Source of the DNA: Neophaeotheca triangularis
Taxonomy: Eukaryota
Reading direction: 5' to 3'
Length of the DNA stretch: 64,000 bases
Assembly: GCA_054600435.1 (NCBI GenBank)
Contig: BAAIJX010000028.1
Location: 62,001-126,000, forward strand
Shown here: piece after piece, positions 24,101 through 35,153 of the stretch
How the letters are laid out: every line of letters starts with the position of its first letter
Numbering within the stretch: the stretch's first letter is position 1
Program-made: the position numbers and the translations under genes
Notes under the pieces: model-generated
The model's database searches: none
The model's input: only the letters and a program-made list of their open reading frames with translations
Told to the model about the DNA's origin: nothing

Positions 24101-24814
24101 GGGCAGATAGAACGACCTTGGCTCTTGTGGCGCGAACGGATCAAAAGTGCGATTCTGGTATTGCGGCACAGCTGCAGGGTATGGTTTGTACTGCTCCACC
24201 TTCTTCTCTGCCGGCTTCTGCCAGTTGCTCTCCTGAGGTCCATTCTTCAGCGGGTTACGCAAGGGACTTGCCGTGCCAAACTCTGCTTGCTGAGGCGCCT
24301 TGAAGGTTTCCGGTGCATCTTTTGACGCTCCCTGCTTTGACGAAGGCGACTGCATCTTTGCGCTGATGTTGGCTAGTGGCTGCCTTTCGCCCTTGTGCGG
24401 GGAGAAGTGTTGACCTGAAGATGCTCGACTAGGACTTCTCTCCTTCACCATCTCGCTCGATTGTTCTTCGAGTTTCGCAGCTTGTCTTCCCTTCCTGCCA
24501 GGCGATAGACTGAATCTCAAGCCCTTGGAAGGATCCCAGACGGACGACCTGCGGGATGTGTCTTTTTCACCACTATCAAAGAGTGACGTGCTGTTCCCAA
24601 GACTGCCAGCGCTTTCTCGTTTCCGCTCAGCAGCGACTGTTGGGCTCAGCGCGTTTAGTTGTTCTTGCAGCTTGCTGATATCGAAAGAGTTGGGCGTATT
24701 CAGGTGTGCATCTTCTGTACTGGCGGTTCGAGAGAAGGTGGGCGTTTCGTTCGAGGAGAGGGTGTTGGTGGCGCGGAAGTTGCCAGTCGGCTTTGAGCGT
24801 GACCTGGATTCCAT
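21128..24814 (-). CDS. SNF2-family helicase/ATPase (Ris1/Uls1-Rad5/16-like group)
   Basis: Motifs GGILADDMGLGKT, RVILDEAH, CLTGTPMQN, LLRLRQ, FSQFTSML and SLKCGSLGLNLTAAS...QAIDRVHR. Long disordered N-terminus. Confidence 0.92.
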   Translation of the reverse strand: MESRSRSKPTGNFRATNTLSSNETPTFSRTASTEDAHLNTPNSFDISKLQEQLNALSPTVAAERKRESAGSLGNSTSLFDSGEKDTSRRSSVWDPSKGLRFSLSPGRKGRQAAKLEEQSSEMVKERSPSRASSGQHFSPHKGERQPLANISAKMQSPSSKQGASKDAPETFKAPQQAEFGTASPLRNPLKNGPQESNWQKPAEKKVEQYKPYPAAVPQYQNRTFDPFAPQEPRSFYLPGQAPRAPTQQQPNSVGAARTAMAQPYQRSFQPPVPIPRPHNTAPTTIQPPSRPGFSSLAPNNLYQAYTQPPPKPKQTVDLTQDDDEGFNPDAEIAAERGGFGAPDPYMYVDSSQANENIKALLEGAFDDEDKPKTRLRKRAKKAKEEDKETRSLADRLATLDVEDKRQEGPKPEEDEDEEDGTVEGLKCKLLPHQVEGVAWMIDKENGIRKNNRGVLPKGGILADDMGLGKTIQSVSLLLTNPRPGPDAKPEHPKQKLPSKEVGKGTLVVAPLALIKQWEAEIKDKVSKSHAMKVLVHHGPSRTKSSYELKKYDVVITTYQILASEHAGSNMTVEGGSRVGCFGVHWYRVILDEAHSIKNKSAKSTQACCALNSWYRWCLTGTPMQNNLDELQSLIKFLRIKPYCEVGAWKDSIMTPMKNGRGGLAMRRLQLFLRAFMKRRTKDILKKEGALNFGGKPKEGEEKSGGMQIVKREIVHMECEFNEEEQEFYTRLQERANDRLDDMVKKGHNAYMGALVMLLRLRQVCDHPHLIEKALNKDKDALSTGIQSPTKKQGSADDEMDDLAAMMGGVSVAAKNCDVCQIKLSADEASEGGTRCGDCEADLAALKSKKGQKKSKKVKRETKAVKQEEAPKPRMRNRKILQDSDDEDDEGEWIGEGPERHISLGKAGGTDDEDAEGGGETLDSIDTERDEDDSEISHQAGHNKSTAEHEDDDRDVDSASDSDSVSPPPVLAGMRPSAHLNIEPSTKIRHLLRILHTETPQHKTIVFSQFTSMLDLIEPHLHHSAIRFARYDGSMRNDAREASLNALRNDAKTRILLCSLKCGSLGLNLTAASRVVILEPFWNPFVEEQAIDRVHRLNQTVDVKVFRLTVKDSVEEKILALQEKKRELAKAAIEGGKEMGKLSMKDILGLFRRDAEDGAGHEDDVKYSGLAGGKEVGLLEKDGGGMARKPVAAVQQSARPVGGTVDDRKAQRDRGSGQRAEHAVYGRRW

Positions 24815-25145
24815 GTTAAGACTATATCAAAGAAGCAGAGCACGAAAGAGAAGATCACTTACGAGTTTGACCGATATTGGCGATTTTAGTGTGGTCAGAG
24901 TTCCTACTCCACCAGGGATGTCGTCGCGAAAGACGCTGACTCGAGGTGGAGGAAAACAAATAATAGTGTAGCTGCCTAGCAACGCGATAAGAGCAGTCTT
25001 GGCGTCCAGCTGCCTGAGGATTCACACTTATCGCTCGGTTGAAAGATATCTATGTTCAGTAAGAGAAACAATGCTACTACACAAGACCCAGCGAATGGTC
25101 TCTTCTCTTCTCATCTCCTCTCTCCTCTCTCCCCCTTCTGCAGTC

Positions 25146-26707
25146 TCACCGAGAAAACAACATCAACCCATCCCCACCCTCAGCCTCCTCACCATCAACC
25201 TCCCCATCCCCAGTCTCCTCTGCGAGCCCCAATCTCTGCCCAAACAACCCTGCAAAAAGCTCATCCGCCTGCCTATCACCCCACTGCCTCCTGTCCTCGG
25301 GCGCCATAAAGTTCTGCAATTTCTCATGAACATTATACCTCAACTTTCGACCCTTGCTAGCCTTGGTATCAACTTGGCGTTTCGTTTTCGCATCCCGTCG
25401 CATTTGCATGCTTAGGTCTAGACTGTTGGAGTATGAAGCTGAGGCGACGGAATCGGCGGATTTTTGCTCGAGAAGTTCTTTCAATAGCAAGCCGTAGAAG
25501 TCTGCGTCGTCGTAGATGCGGGCGTCGTGGGGGGTTTTGGCGGCGAGTTGGACGGGAGCGCAGGAACGGGGGGTTTGCGCGCGGGTTAACAGGCGGGAGG
25601 TGTCGGAGAGATGTTCGTTGAGGACGTCGACGATGCTCGCTTGGGCGGTCGTGTTGTTTAATTTGCTTCGCTGGGCAAGAGCGGTTTGTGGGCGGGCCTT
25701 CTCCGACCATTTACGGAGGGTTGCGTTACGATGGGGAAGGGATGCTTCTTCTTGAGATTGTTGGTGGGTAAGGAGGTCGGCAATGGGGGTGTCTGCGGTG
25801 AATTGAGAATGCTTGCGTTTTGATCCTGTGCGGGCTGCGCTGAGTTCTTCCCGGAAGTCCGTCAGGGTTGACCATAGGTTGAAGGCGGCGGTCTCGGCGG
25901 CTGAGGCCGCTGTCGAGGTTTCTTTGCTCAGTGTATTGGCCGGCATGTCGACCATAGTATTGGTAGCAATCAAGCTCTTCTGAAGCTTAATTCGCATGTT
26001 CAGTAGAGAGTCGAAAGCCGTTCTTTGTCGCTTGACAGCCCTTCCCTTCTCTGCATCCGCCTTGGCCGCCTGCATAATCGAGGCTGTCCCAGTCTTCTGC
26101 TCCTCAGCCATTGTTCTGCGAAGCTCCTCCCTACTATCGCCATCGACCACAGGCTTGACTTCCGGCGCTTCCGCGTGATCATCCTCCTCAATATCTTCCT
26201 CATCCCCACCTCCCTCAGCCATGATCCTTCTCAACTCCGCCCTCCTACCACCTTCCTCCTCCTCCTCCTCCTCCTCCTCCTCATCCCCACTTTCACTCTC
26301 ACTCCCCTCACCCATTTCCTCATCTTCCTCACTACTCTCTTCTCTCCCGTCCTCAAACCCAAAAGGCCCATCCTCATCCTCCTCTTCCTCAGCCTGCCCC
26401 CTACTAACCTTGGAACCCCGATACTGCGGTCCCAAAGCCGTCTCGCCCTTTCCCCTCAATTTAGCCTTCCCAACATCCACATAATGGTCGCGTCCCGCCG
26501 AATCATCGATCTCGCTCGCGGCATCGCTGTCGTCGTCGGAGTTTGTGGGGCCTTGATCAGAATCATCTGGGTTGAAGTCTGTACGGAAAGTGTCAGTAGG
26601 GGTTTTGGGTGGAGTGGTGGGTAAAGAGTGGAGATACCCTTTGCAGGAGCCGAAGAAACAAGGTCGTTGAATTCATCAACGCGAGTACGCTTTTTGTTAG
26701 GTGCCAT
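25146..26707 (-). CDS. BFR2: Bfr2/AATF ribosome biogenesis protein; intron 26579-26637
   Basis: Motifs YRGSKVSR, IYDDADFY and VDTKASKGRKLRYNVHEKLQNFMAP. Acidic N-terminal tract. The intron joins APAK to DFNPD. Confidence 0.93.
26253..26283. repeat. (TCC)n trinucleotide run encoding poly-Glu in Bfr2
   Basis: About 9-10 TCC units are directly visible. Confidence 0.8.
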
Positions 26708-27182
26708 GGCGTGGAATAGTATGGCGGGTGGAGAATAAGTCTGTCCAGAGCTTGCGACGAAAAGATTCATTACCTTAGATTCCGAGCTGAAGCGATCGTT
26801 CAGATAAGATAAAAGATCACGACAGAGACTATTGGTTGAGCTCTGATACGCTAGCGTGTGGCTGCCTTTGAGAGCAACAGATCATGGAGGCTGATTCGAG
26901 AATCGCCTTTGATTGGGCTAATATGCAATACGCCAGTGTATGGCTGAATCTCGACAAGTTAGCCTGCGATCCCAGAGGCGTCGAATTGCAAAGGGCTACT
27001 ACTCCGAAGAACTTTCAGTCGGCTCAAAATCAACGTTGAGAAATGTATGAGCAACCCGTTTGTCTGCGAAACTCAAGTTCCTCGAGAGCAGTGTGAAAGC
27101 GTCGTCTAACCATTCATCACATCGTAAATTCTATGTAGCTCTCACAGTCTATGCATTTACACAGTCCCCATATCTGAGGAGT

Positions 27183-28466
27183 CTATAATTTCATCTCCGT
27201 AACCGGCTTAGCACTCGCCTTGCCTCTCCCACCAAAACCCCATCTGATTTGATTCGGCATCTGAACTTGCACTCCCAGCTCATCCGCCCAAGCGAAGACC
27301 AACCCAGGATTCTTCTGAAACGCTCTTCCAACGGTGATGAGATCTAAGCCATCCTCTTCGAGAAGCTTGTTGGCCAACTTGGCGTCTCCGATCGACCCGA
27401 CCGATCCAACGGCCATGCGATCGCCGACAGCCTTCTTCACATTGATGGCGAAAGGTGCTTGGTATGCAGGACCAACGTGCGGATGCTGGGCTGGGTGGTT
27501 GCCACCACTGGAAACGTCAAGGAGGTCAACGCCGCGTTCAGCGAGGAGGGGTGCGAGCCGGACGGTATCCGAGGGTTTCCAGCTGTCCTTAATATCCGAA
27601 GCTTCTTCGAGCCAGTCGGTGGCGCTGATGCGCAGGAAGAGAGGCATGTCCTTTGGAATCAGACTGCGGGCCAGCTCAACAACTTCCAGGGTGAGGCGAG
27701 TGCGGTTTTCAAAGCTCCCACCGTATTGATCGGTTCGCTGGTTCGAGACCGGGGACAAGAAACTATGAAGCAAGTAGCCGTGAGCGTTGTGAATTTCAAT
27801 GGCATCGAAACCAGCTTTCAGAGCACGTTTGATGGATTCGCCAAATGCTGTTTTGAACTCTTCGATTTGCTGAAGGGTCATTTCTTTGGGCTGGGCGTGG
27901 TCAGAGTTCCAAGGAATTGCAGAGGGAGCCAACACATTGTCAGGCCAACCGTTTAGATCCTTCCCAGCCACGGCACCCGCGCTTAGCCAAGGGGCAACTG
28001 TGGAGGCCTTCCTCCCCGCGTGCGCTAGCTGGATCATTATCTTCTGGTTCTGAGAATGCGCGAAATCGCAGACTTCTTTCAGTGGGGCAATCTGGCTGTC
28101 CTTCCAAAGCCCGACATCTTCCGGTGTGATGCGCCCTTCTGGTGTCACGCCCGCCGCCTCCACGCAACTGATGCCCGGCCCTCGCTGGATTATGGCTCCC
28201 ATGTGAGCATGATGCCACGGCTGATAATGGCCGTCCTGCGCTGAATATTGACAGAGAGGCGAGAGCATGATCCTATTCTGAAGCTGCAGCCCCCGGAGTT
28301 TGAGCGGCTTGAAGAGCTTGGGAACTTTTGCACCGTCCTCCGCTATCAGCATGGTTCCGGCAGCGGGATCTTGGAAGGGTGTGAAGAATGGAACGCCGGG
28401 GGCTGCCCTGTTGACCAAGTGATCGTCCTCGAATTGAGGTTGGTGGATATTGTGATGAGAAGTCAT
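27183..28466 (-). CDS. NADH:flavin oxidoreductase / old yellow enzyme (YqjM-like subgroup)
   Basis: Motifs NRIMLSPLCQYSA, EGRITP, QLAHAGRKAS and AGFDAIEIHNAHGYLLHSFLSPVSNQRTDQYGGSFENR. Confidence 0.93.
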   Translation of the reverse strand: MTSHHNIHQPQFEDDHLVNRAAPGVPFFTPFQDPAAGTMLIAEDGAKVPKLFKPLKLRGLQLQNRIMLSPLCQYSAQDGHYQPWHHAHMGAIIQRGPGISCVEAAGVTPEGRITPEDVGLWKDSQIAPLKEVCDFAHSQNQKIMIQLAHAGRKASTVAPWLSAGAVAGKDLNGWPDNVLAPSAIPWNSDHAQPKEMTLQQIEEFKTAFGESIKRALKAGFDAIEIHNAHGYLLHSFLSPVSNQRTDQYGGSFENRTRLTLEVVELARSLIPKDMPLFLRISATDWLEEASDIKDSWKPSDTVRLAPLLAERGVDLLDVSSGGNHPAQHPHVGPAYQAPFAINVKKAVGDRMAVGSVGSIGDAKLANKLLEEDGLDLITVGRAFQKNPGLVFAWADELGVQVQMPNQIRWGFGGRGKASAKPVTEMKL

Positions 28467-29280
28467 TTTGCTGGACAGAGCGTAGGAAGATCGACCTAGG
28501 CGTCGGAATGTTGTACGAGGATGGTATCAAAGAGAACGTGGGTTGGTTTCTGGGCGAGTGTTCCACAGGATCGACGAGTTTGCTGCGCGAAACGGGGTTT
28601 TTTCTATGTATACTGGAATGATTGTATCCTTTATATTGCGCGAGGCAGCAATGGCGTCACCGGTGATCGCCAGGGACTCCCGATCCCATCGATTGCGAAC
28701 GTGGTAATGATGACAAACCTACCTGCGACACACGGTTAGCCCGAGAAGCACTTGAAGATGCGGGATCATCGGTGGGTATCTGATATCGGCGTTAACGGGC
28801 TTAAAGGCGAAGCGGGTCGCGACGGACCTCGTCTCTTTGTCAGGTCGGCATTCGAACTTGTGAGGAGCGGTTGTTGACGAAGGCACCAAAGACCTTTACC
28901 TATATTCGCCGACCAATGTCATAGCTGGTGATCTCAAGTTGGACGTTGAAGAGATTATCAGGTCGAAGGAGTTCAACGGGACCAACTTGGAAGCGGAACG
29001 ACTAAACTTTTGCTGCAGGTAGGTATTACGTATTGGGCAGTTGCAATTTATGAAAACAGCCAGAAAGTTCTCCTCCTTGATCCGATTGGTAAGAAAGATG
29101 GCGTATCTCGACATTGCTATAGACCTCGAAGCCCGTCCTCACCTGTTCCTACGACGAAGAGCTTCTGGGTAATTCTTCCCATGGAGTAACGCCCAACGCC
29201 CCTTTCAGTCGTCCGTCGACAGTACGCCGAGACTCTAAAGCACGATTACATGAAGCGTCATTGAAATACTCATTCCACAA

Positions 29281-30667
29281 TCACTCCCAATCATCATCAC
29301 TATCCTCATCCTTCTTGTCGCCGCCGGCCGTACCCTTTTTCTCTTCCTTCGGACTACTCGGCGTCCGACTAGTAGCACCAGAAACGATGTCGTAACTAGC
29401 ATCCGAGTCCGCAACACTCTTGTTTTCCTCACCATCATTGCTTCGACGTGGCGACTTCGGCTTGAGAAGTTCCTTGTCGGCGGGGGCATTGAGAGTAGTA
29501 GTGGATTGCGCGGCGTTGGGGGTAGAGGCGTCTTTTTTGTTCTCGCCCTCGTCGTCGGACTCATCCCACGCGATCTCTTCATCAGGGGCTTGGGTTGTCG
29601 TGGCTGAGGTAGTGCGTTAGTGAACGTTCTCCGAGGCTGATCACGAGTCACAAGTGTAATATAAACGCACCTTTCAGCACCTCCTTCCGCCTCTTCTCGT
29701 CCTCCTCAACAGCACTCCTCAAGAAATAATACCTTGTCCAGAAATCCTTGTACTCCACCTTTTCAGGCACCAACTTCTCCATAGCCCGTCTGAGATCTTC
29801 ATACTTCTCGAGATCCTTGGCAATATCATCCGTCTTTGCCTCTACGTCAAAGCTCTCCCTCCATTTGTTCCACTGCCCGCCTTCAGCAGGATCGTCTGTG
29901 AAGCTCTTGGCCGTAGTATGAATGGCATGCAATTGCGCCTCGAAACGACTGCTGTGGAATACTTTCCTCCCTGTACCAGCCTCTTGTGTCTCGAAGAGGA
30001 CTTCACCGCCCGCTTTGCTGCTGTCTTGATCGTCGGGAGATGTAATGACCACGGCGTCCCGCAAGAAGTTTCGCACATTGCTGCCGAATTGCAGTAGAGC
30101 TTGGTCGGCAGCGTCTTCCGCTCGTTGAATGTCTTTCAGTTTCGCGGCGGCAGTACTACGGAAAGAGGAAACGAGGGAGGTCGCTTCTTTCATAATGTCC
30201 GCGGGGAGGGAGTCGGGTCTCTCGGTGTGAGGTTGCTCCATGCTGGCCTCTTTCTCTGCCGGTGCCGTAGTGGTAATGTTGGGTACGCCCTCCTCTCCCG
30301 GGACCTTTGACTCCGCTGCTGGCTCCGCATTAAGAGTAAGCCCTCTAGTCCTCTGCGCGAGCTGCTCTTGTAAACTAGTGAAGCCCTTCGTTGCTTGTTC
30401 CGAGGCGGCACTGGCTTCCTTGGACGCTTCGCTGTAGAGGTTTTCGCCTTGCTTGCGGACCTGTCCAAACCAGCCACCTAATTTGGCTCCCCATGGTGAC
30501 GCTTGAACGGCTTTGAAGGCTTCTTGAAATTCGGTATTTAAGTCTGGAGCTTTCGATGCTTGTGAACTGCTAGTGTTGTCGCTGCTGCTGCCCTCGTCGC
30601 TTGGTTTGGCAGTCTTTGCGTGGTCGGGGTAGGATTCCTCCTGCACATGATCATAGGCGACGTCCAT
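29281..30667 (-). CDS. BSD-domain protein (Dos2-like); intron 29604-29670
   Basis: BSD signature MEKLVPEKVEYKDFWTRYYF. Acidic tail ending DDDWE*. The intron joins VLK to ATTTQ. Confidence 0.88.
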
Positions 30668-30847
30668 ACTTGTGGTTCGAATATTTCAAGCACGTCAAGC
30701 AGGCCTCGCAATTGTGAAGCTACCTTAGTACCATCCCTTCTACCCTAGAGGACATTCAAAGTGGAGCTCCCTCTGTAAATATAGCTTGGTCGGCGGCCCG
30801 GCAAGTACCGGCAGCGGGGGCATCCACTACGGCGGGATTTTCGACTT

Positions 30848-30871
30848 CACCTCACCTCACCTCACCTCACT
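30848..30871. repeat. (CACCT)n pentanucleotide microsatellite upstream of the BSD gene
   Basis: About 4.5 tandem copies are visible. Confidence 0.75.
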
Positions 30872-31678
30872 CATGCTACCACAAACGATAGCATCACATA
30901 ACAGTATGGCACGTGTTTGCGCCCGGATTTTCGAAGCGCTCTAGTAGGTATTGAAGAAAAGCTTCTAAGCCCAGTGAACTGAGGCATGTTTATCTTTCAA
31001 GAACTTTTCCATCGTATCAATAAGGTAGGGACATGTCGGCGGTTTCTTACAACACCTTGAACTAGAAACAAAACGAGGCATCAATGAGGAAAAGAATAGA
31101 TGCAATATTCACTGGACCTGACAGAAGAAGGGCAACCTATACTAGATTATAAGACGGAAAAAAGGTCCCCCGCGAAGGACCACACCGTTATGGGCAGCAG
31201 CAACGCTGTACATGGCTGTTGTGTTGACAAAAAAAAATATTCATCGAGCTTACCAAGACAGCGCTAACGCAAGCACGTAAAACATTCCACTGCAAGATGA
31301 AACATGTGGTCTTATCGCTTTGGCTGCTAGATTCACTTGTCCCTCTACTACAAGCCTGATAACTGCTGTGGATACCATTCATGCTTAATGTAAGTCGAAA
31401 AGCACTGCGGTATGCCTCACTTCCAATACATTCTTTCAGTTTCATAAAGGCTGTTTGATGCTAACAACTCTTACCATAAGCTTAGAAGAGATGGTGAAGA
31501 TTTAAGGTGATCTGGTCGATTCCGCAACTTGCCAAGACGTAGCCGCAGCCTGGCTTTCGCCTTCAAGTTCACCTCTGCACTCGCATTGCAGCAACACGCA
31601 TCTTGCAGCAACACGCAATTTGCAGCACCGCAACATCGACTGGTCTTTGCTTGTTACAAAACAAACCCTTCAATAACT

Positions 31679-32892
31679 ATGGACCCTACCACCGCTCGAC
31701 TGATTCTGGGGTGGCGTATCGAGGACGCCCGCCAGCTCGAAATCGCACGTTCTGCCGCTCTCGGCCCGTACGGCCATGGTGCAGCGGACGCTCATGAGGC
31801 TATTCGAATCCTTGAAGCAGAGCTAGACGGCCTGAATGTAGCTGGAAGTGAAGACGGAAAAGACCCAGAAGAGCGCCTAGCACGCTCGCCAGAAGGCCCT
31901 CAAAGTGATGGTAGCGAGGTTTCGGAGCCATTCGTGGACTCTCAAGAATATCCCGACAGCGCTAGCGAAGCCCCAAAGCACGCAGACGAGACTCAACCCC
32001 ACAACAAGGAGGTTACCAGCGCAGATCAGGAAGAGGGAAGCACACCCAAGCCACAAAACCACGAATGTGTCAGCTGCGCGAGCCATTTCAACCGCGAGGA
32101 AGTTTATGTTGCGCCATGCACACACATCTACTGCCACGCCTGTATCGCAACCATCTTCACTATGTCAATGGAGGATCTCAACCAGTATCCGCCTCGCTGC
32201 TGCAACGACCACTTCCCCTTCGAAGCTATCAAGCCACTTTTACCACCACAGTTGGCAGTCGACTTCGAAGCTAAGCAATCAGAACTCGACACCCATCCGA
32301 AAGACCGCACGTACTGCCATCGACCTGCATGCAGTACATTTCTGAACGCTACTAGTGCCGCCTGTATCGTCGAGGGTACTCGAGATCTGCTCAAGTGCCC
32401 CATTTGCGACGTAACGACTTGCATCTTCTGCAAAGGGGCAAACCATGAAGGCGACTGTCCCGAGGATGACTCTACAAGAATGTTGCGAGAGACTGCTAGG
32501 GCACAAGGCTGGCAGACTTGCCGTGCGTGTAGGCGTGTAGTTGAGCTTATTCATGGGTGCAATCATATCACGTAAATCATTATCTTGACTCTTCATCCAT
32601 GATCTCATGGGCAATGCTAACCCTTTGTAGTTGTTCCTGCGGCGGCACCTTTTGCTACGTCTGCGGTGCTGCGCCGTGGAAAACCTGCACTTGTCCGCAA
32701 TATACAGAAGCCAACCTAATAGCCGACATTCCACTCTTCAGGCCTGCTCCGCACGAATGTGCGCATGGCACCTGGCGTCGATTGAACGGACCCAACGACT
32801 GCGCCAATTGCGGGGGTTGGCTGCGGGAGTTTTTTTGGCAGTGCAGGCATTGTCATACTCTGAGATGCCGTCGGTGTAGGCCATATGAGTAG
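31679..32892 (+). CDS. RBR (RING1-IBR-RING2/Rcat) E3 ubiquitin ligase, paralog 1; intron 32572-32630
   Basis: RING1 CVSC...PCTHIYCHAC...YPPRCC; IBR RTYCHRPAC...CPIC...CIFCKGANH; Rcat CRAC...GCNHITCSCGGTFCYVCG; extra C-terminal Cys finger. Confidence 0.9.
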
Positions 32893-33183
32893 CCCGGTGG
32901 GAAACGGCCAAAGTCCCTTTACGCTGCTCGAGTGCAAGCGTCGTGGGGGATAAACAATGGGGCATTCGAAAATGGACCGTCTCGCTAAAAATGGTGCGCT
33001 GGTATACTGTGTATCCACTCGGAAGGCTGGGACAATTGAACTGTCTGCAGAATCGAATGCAGAGGGCGTATTGGTTGGACTCCAACTTCCGCAGCCTTCG
33101 TACCGGGTCGCTTTCAACCTTTATAATCTTTAGCGCCACTTCAAGGCTGTCGCAAATCTCCACTTCACTCGCAATTCTTAAAC

Positions 33184-34654
33184 ATGGACGCTGCCACCGC
33201 ACGCTTAGTACTGGAATGGCAGATTGAAGATGCTCGCGCCATCGAAACCGCTCTCCTCATCCGAAGCACCGATATGAATAGCAATAGCCCCGAAGAAGCA
33301 CGCCGGATGGTGCAGACTCTTGAAGATGAGCTCATGGCATTGAATCTTGGAGAGGAAATCGAGGAAAGCATTTCGGACGAGCCCACCGAAGAATGCACCA
33401 GCTGTACGGCCGATTTTTTACATAAAGAGCTCTACACTGCCCCTTGCGAGCACTTGTACTGTCGCACTTGCCTCACAACCCTCTTCGAGATGTCCATGAA
33501 CGACCTCAATCGCTACCCGCCAACTTGCTGCAAGGAAGAGATTCCGTTCGACCCGAAAACTCAGCTCCATCTTCTTCCCGCCACTGCTACGACATTCGAA
33601 GCTAAGATTCCTGAGCTAAAATGTACCAACCGCACCTATTGCCACCAACCTTCTTGCAACGTCTTCATCAATGTCAACATACCCGATGCCGTCACTGGCG
33701 AGGATTTAGTCAAGTGCCCTGCTTGTGGAGAAGAGACTTGTACGATCTGCAAGGGTGCGGTCCACGAAGGCGATTGTCCGCAAGATGAAAGCACTAGGAT
33801 GCTGCGGGAGACGGCAAAGGATGAAGGTTGGCAAACTTGTTATCGCTGCAAGCGTGTCATTGAACTCGACATTGGATGCAACCACATCACGTGAGTTCTT
33901 TCGTACAGCGGTGTACAAAACGCAGCACCGGGATGCAACGCTAACTTTATCCAGGTGCACGTGTGGAGCTGAGTTCTGTTACCAATGCGGCGCGGAATGG
34001 AAAACGTGCAACTGCGATCACGCCAACGAGGAAAACCTGATTGCAGACGAAGACGAGGATCATGACCGGGCTGCGAGAATCGTCGCCGAGTTACTAGTGC
34101 CCGGAAGGCTCCCTATCCCTGACGCTGCAGCGTTGATGCGGTTGAACGATGCGGGAAGGTTCCAAGAGGCGCTAGATGAATTCGACCGTCAAATCCATCT
34201 ACGTGACCAACCGCAGCTGGCATTGTTGAATGGGATACCCGAACTCATCCGTCAAGAGCCCATCCGTCAGGAGCCCATCCGTCAAGAGCCCGCACAGCTC
34301 GAAGAGCAACCTCAACCCTGCACACATGCCCACTTCCGCCGCATCAACGGCCCTCACGAGTGCACCATTTGCCATCAACGCATGCATGGCTTCATCTTCC
34401 AATGCCGCGGCTGCTTGCAGCGCGTGTGCCTCAACTGCAAGAACCATCGTCTACAGCGGGTAGAGCCTGTGGCCAATGGTCGCGGTCAGAGGAGAGGAAA
34501 TTGGGGACAAGGCCGGTCCAGGGCTAGGCAGGAGAGGGCTAGAAGGGACAAGCTGAAAAGGGATGCTAGGAGGGAGCGGGCGGGTATTGAGAGGGAAACT
34601 AGAATGAGGGCGGGGGCGGAATTGGACCCGACCATTGAAGATGAAGCTTGGTAG
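33184..34654 (+). CDS. RBR E3 ubiquitin ligase, paralog 2; intron 33891-33954
   Basis: Same Cys/His pattern as paralog 1 and the intron sits at the identical codon position within GCNHIT. Shares the N-terminal MDxxTARLxLxWxIEDAR. Confidence 0.9.
34247..34291 (+). repeat. 3 x 15-bp coding tandem repeat (IRQEP)3 in RBR paralog 2
   Basis: ATCCGTCA(A/G)GAGCCC occurs three times in tandem. Confidence 0.85.
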
Positions 34655-35153
34655 GCTTATTGCGAAGGTGGGAGGGTAGTCTCTTGACGATGCTGGAGCC
34701 GGAGCCAGAGCCTTGGCAGTTGCGTGGATTCAATCTGGATTTCAAGTCTGGAAGATCAGGAGGTGTGAAGCTATGGAAAAGGCTGCAAGGTATGATCCAC
34801 ACCGCTTGCCAGCCATGAAACCATTGGAAGAAGTGGAGAGCTTCAAATTCCTCCCTTGCAAACGACGAGAGACAACAGCGTTCTCAGGGTAAGACCAATA
34901 CGCTGATAGACCGCTTTTATTAGATAGCCAACAGAACCGAGAAATCAAACATTCAAACACAGCAGCATGCCAGTGGTGAGTAAAAGGATATCGTCGTGAA
35001 TAGAGTATGCTATGAAGGGTATCTCGCTCGATAAACAGTTTCAAAACAACACTACACTTGCAGTGCAATGAAAAAGAAGGAAACCAATGCCGTCGCTATG
35101 CAGTCTCGAATTGTAGCGCACTCCCCCGAACTGGACTCGTCAATCCATCTACA

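Noticed and set aside
28890..29170. Short coding-like stretch with a possible GTAGGT...CAG intron between the OYE and BSD genes
   Set aside because: No start codon context or recognisable domain; too short to support.
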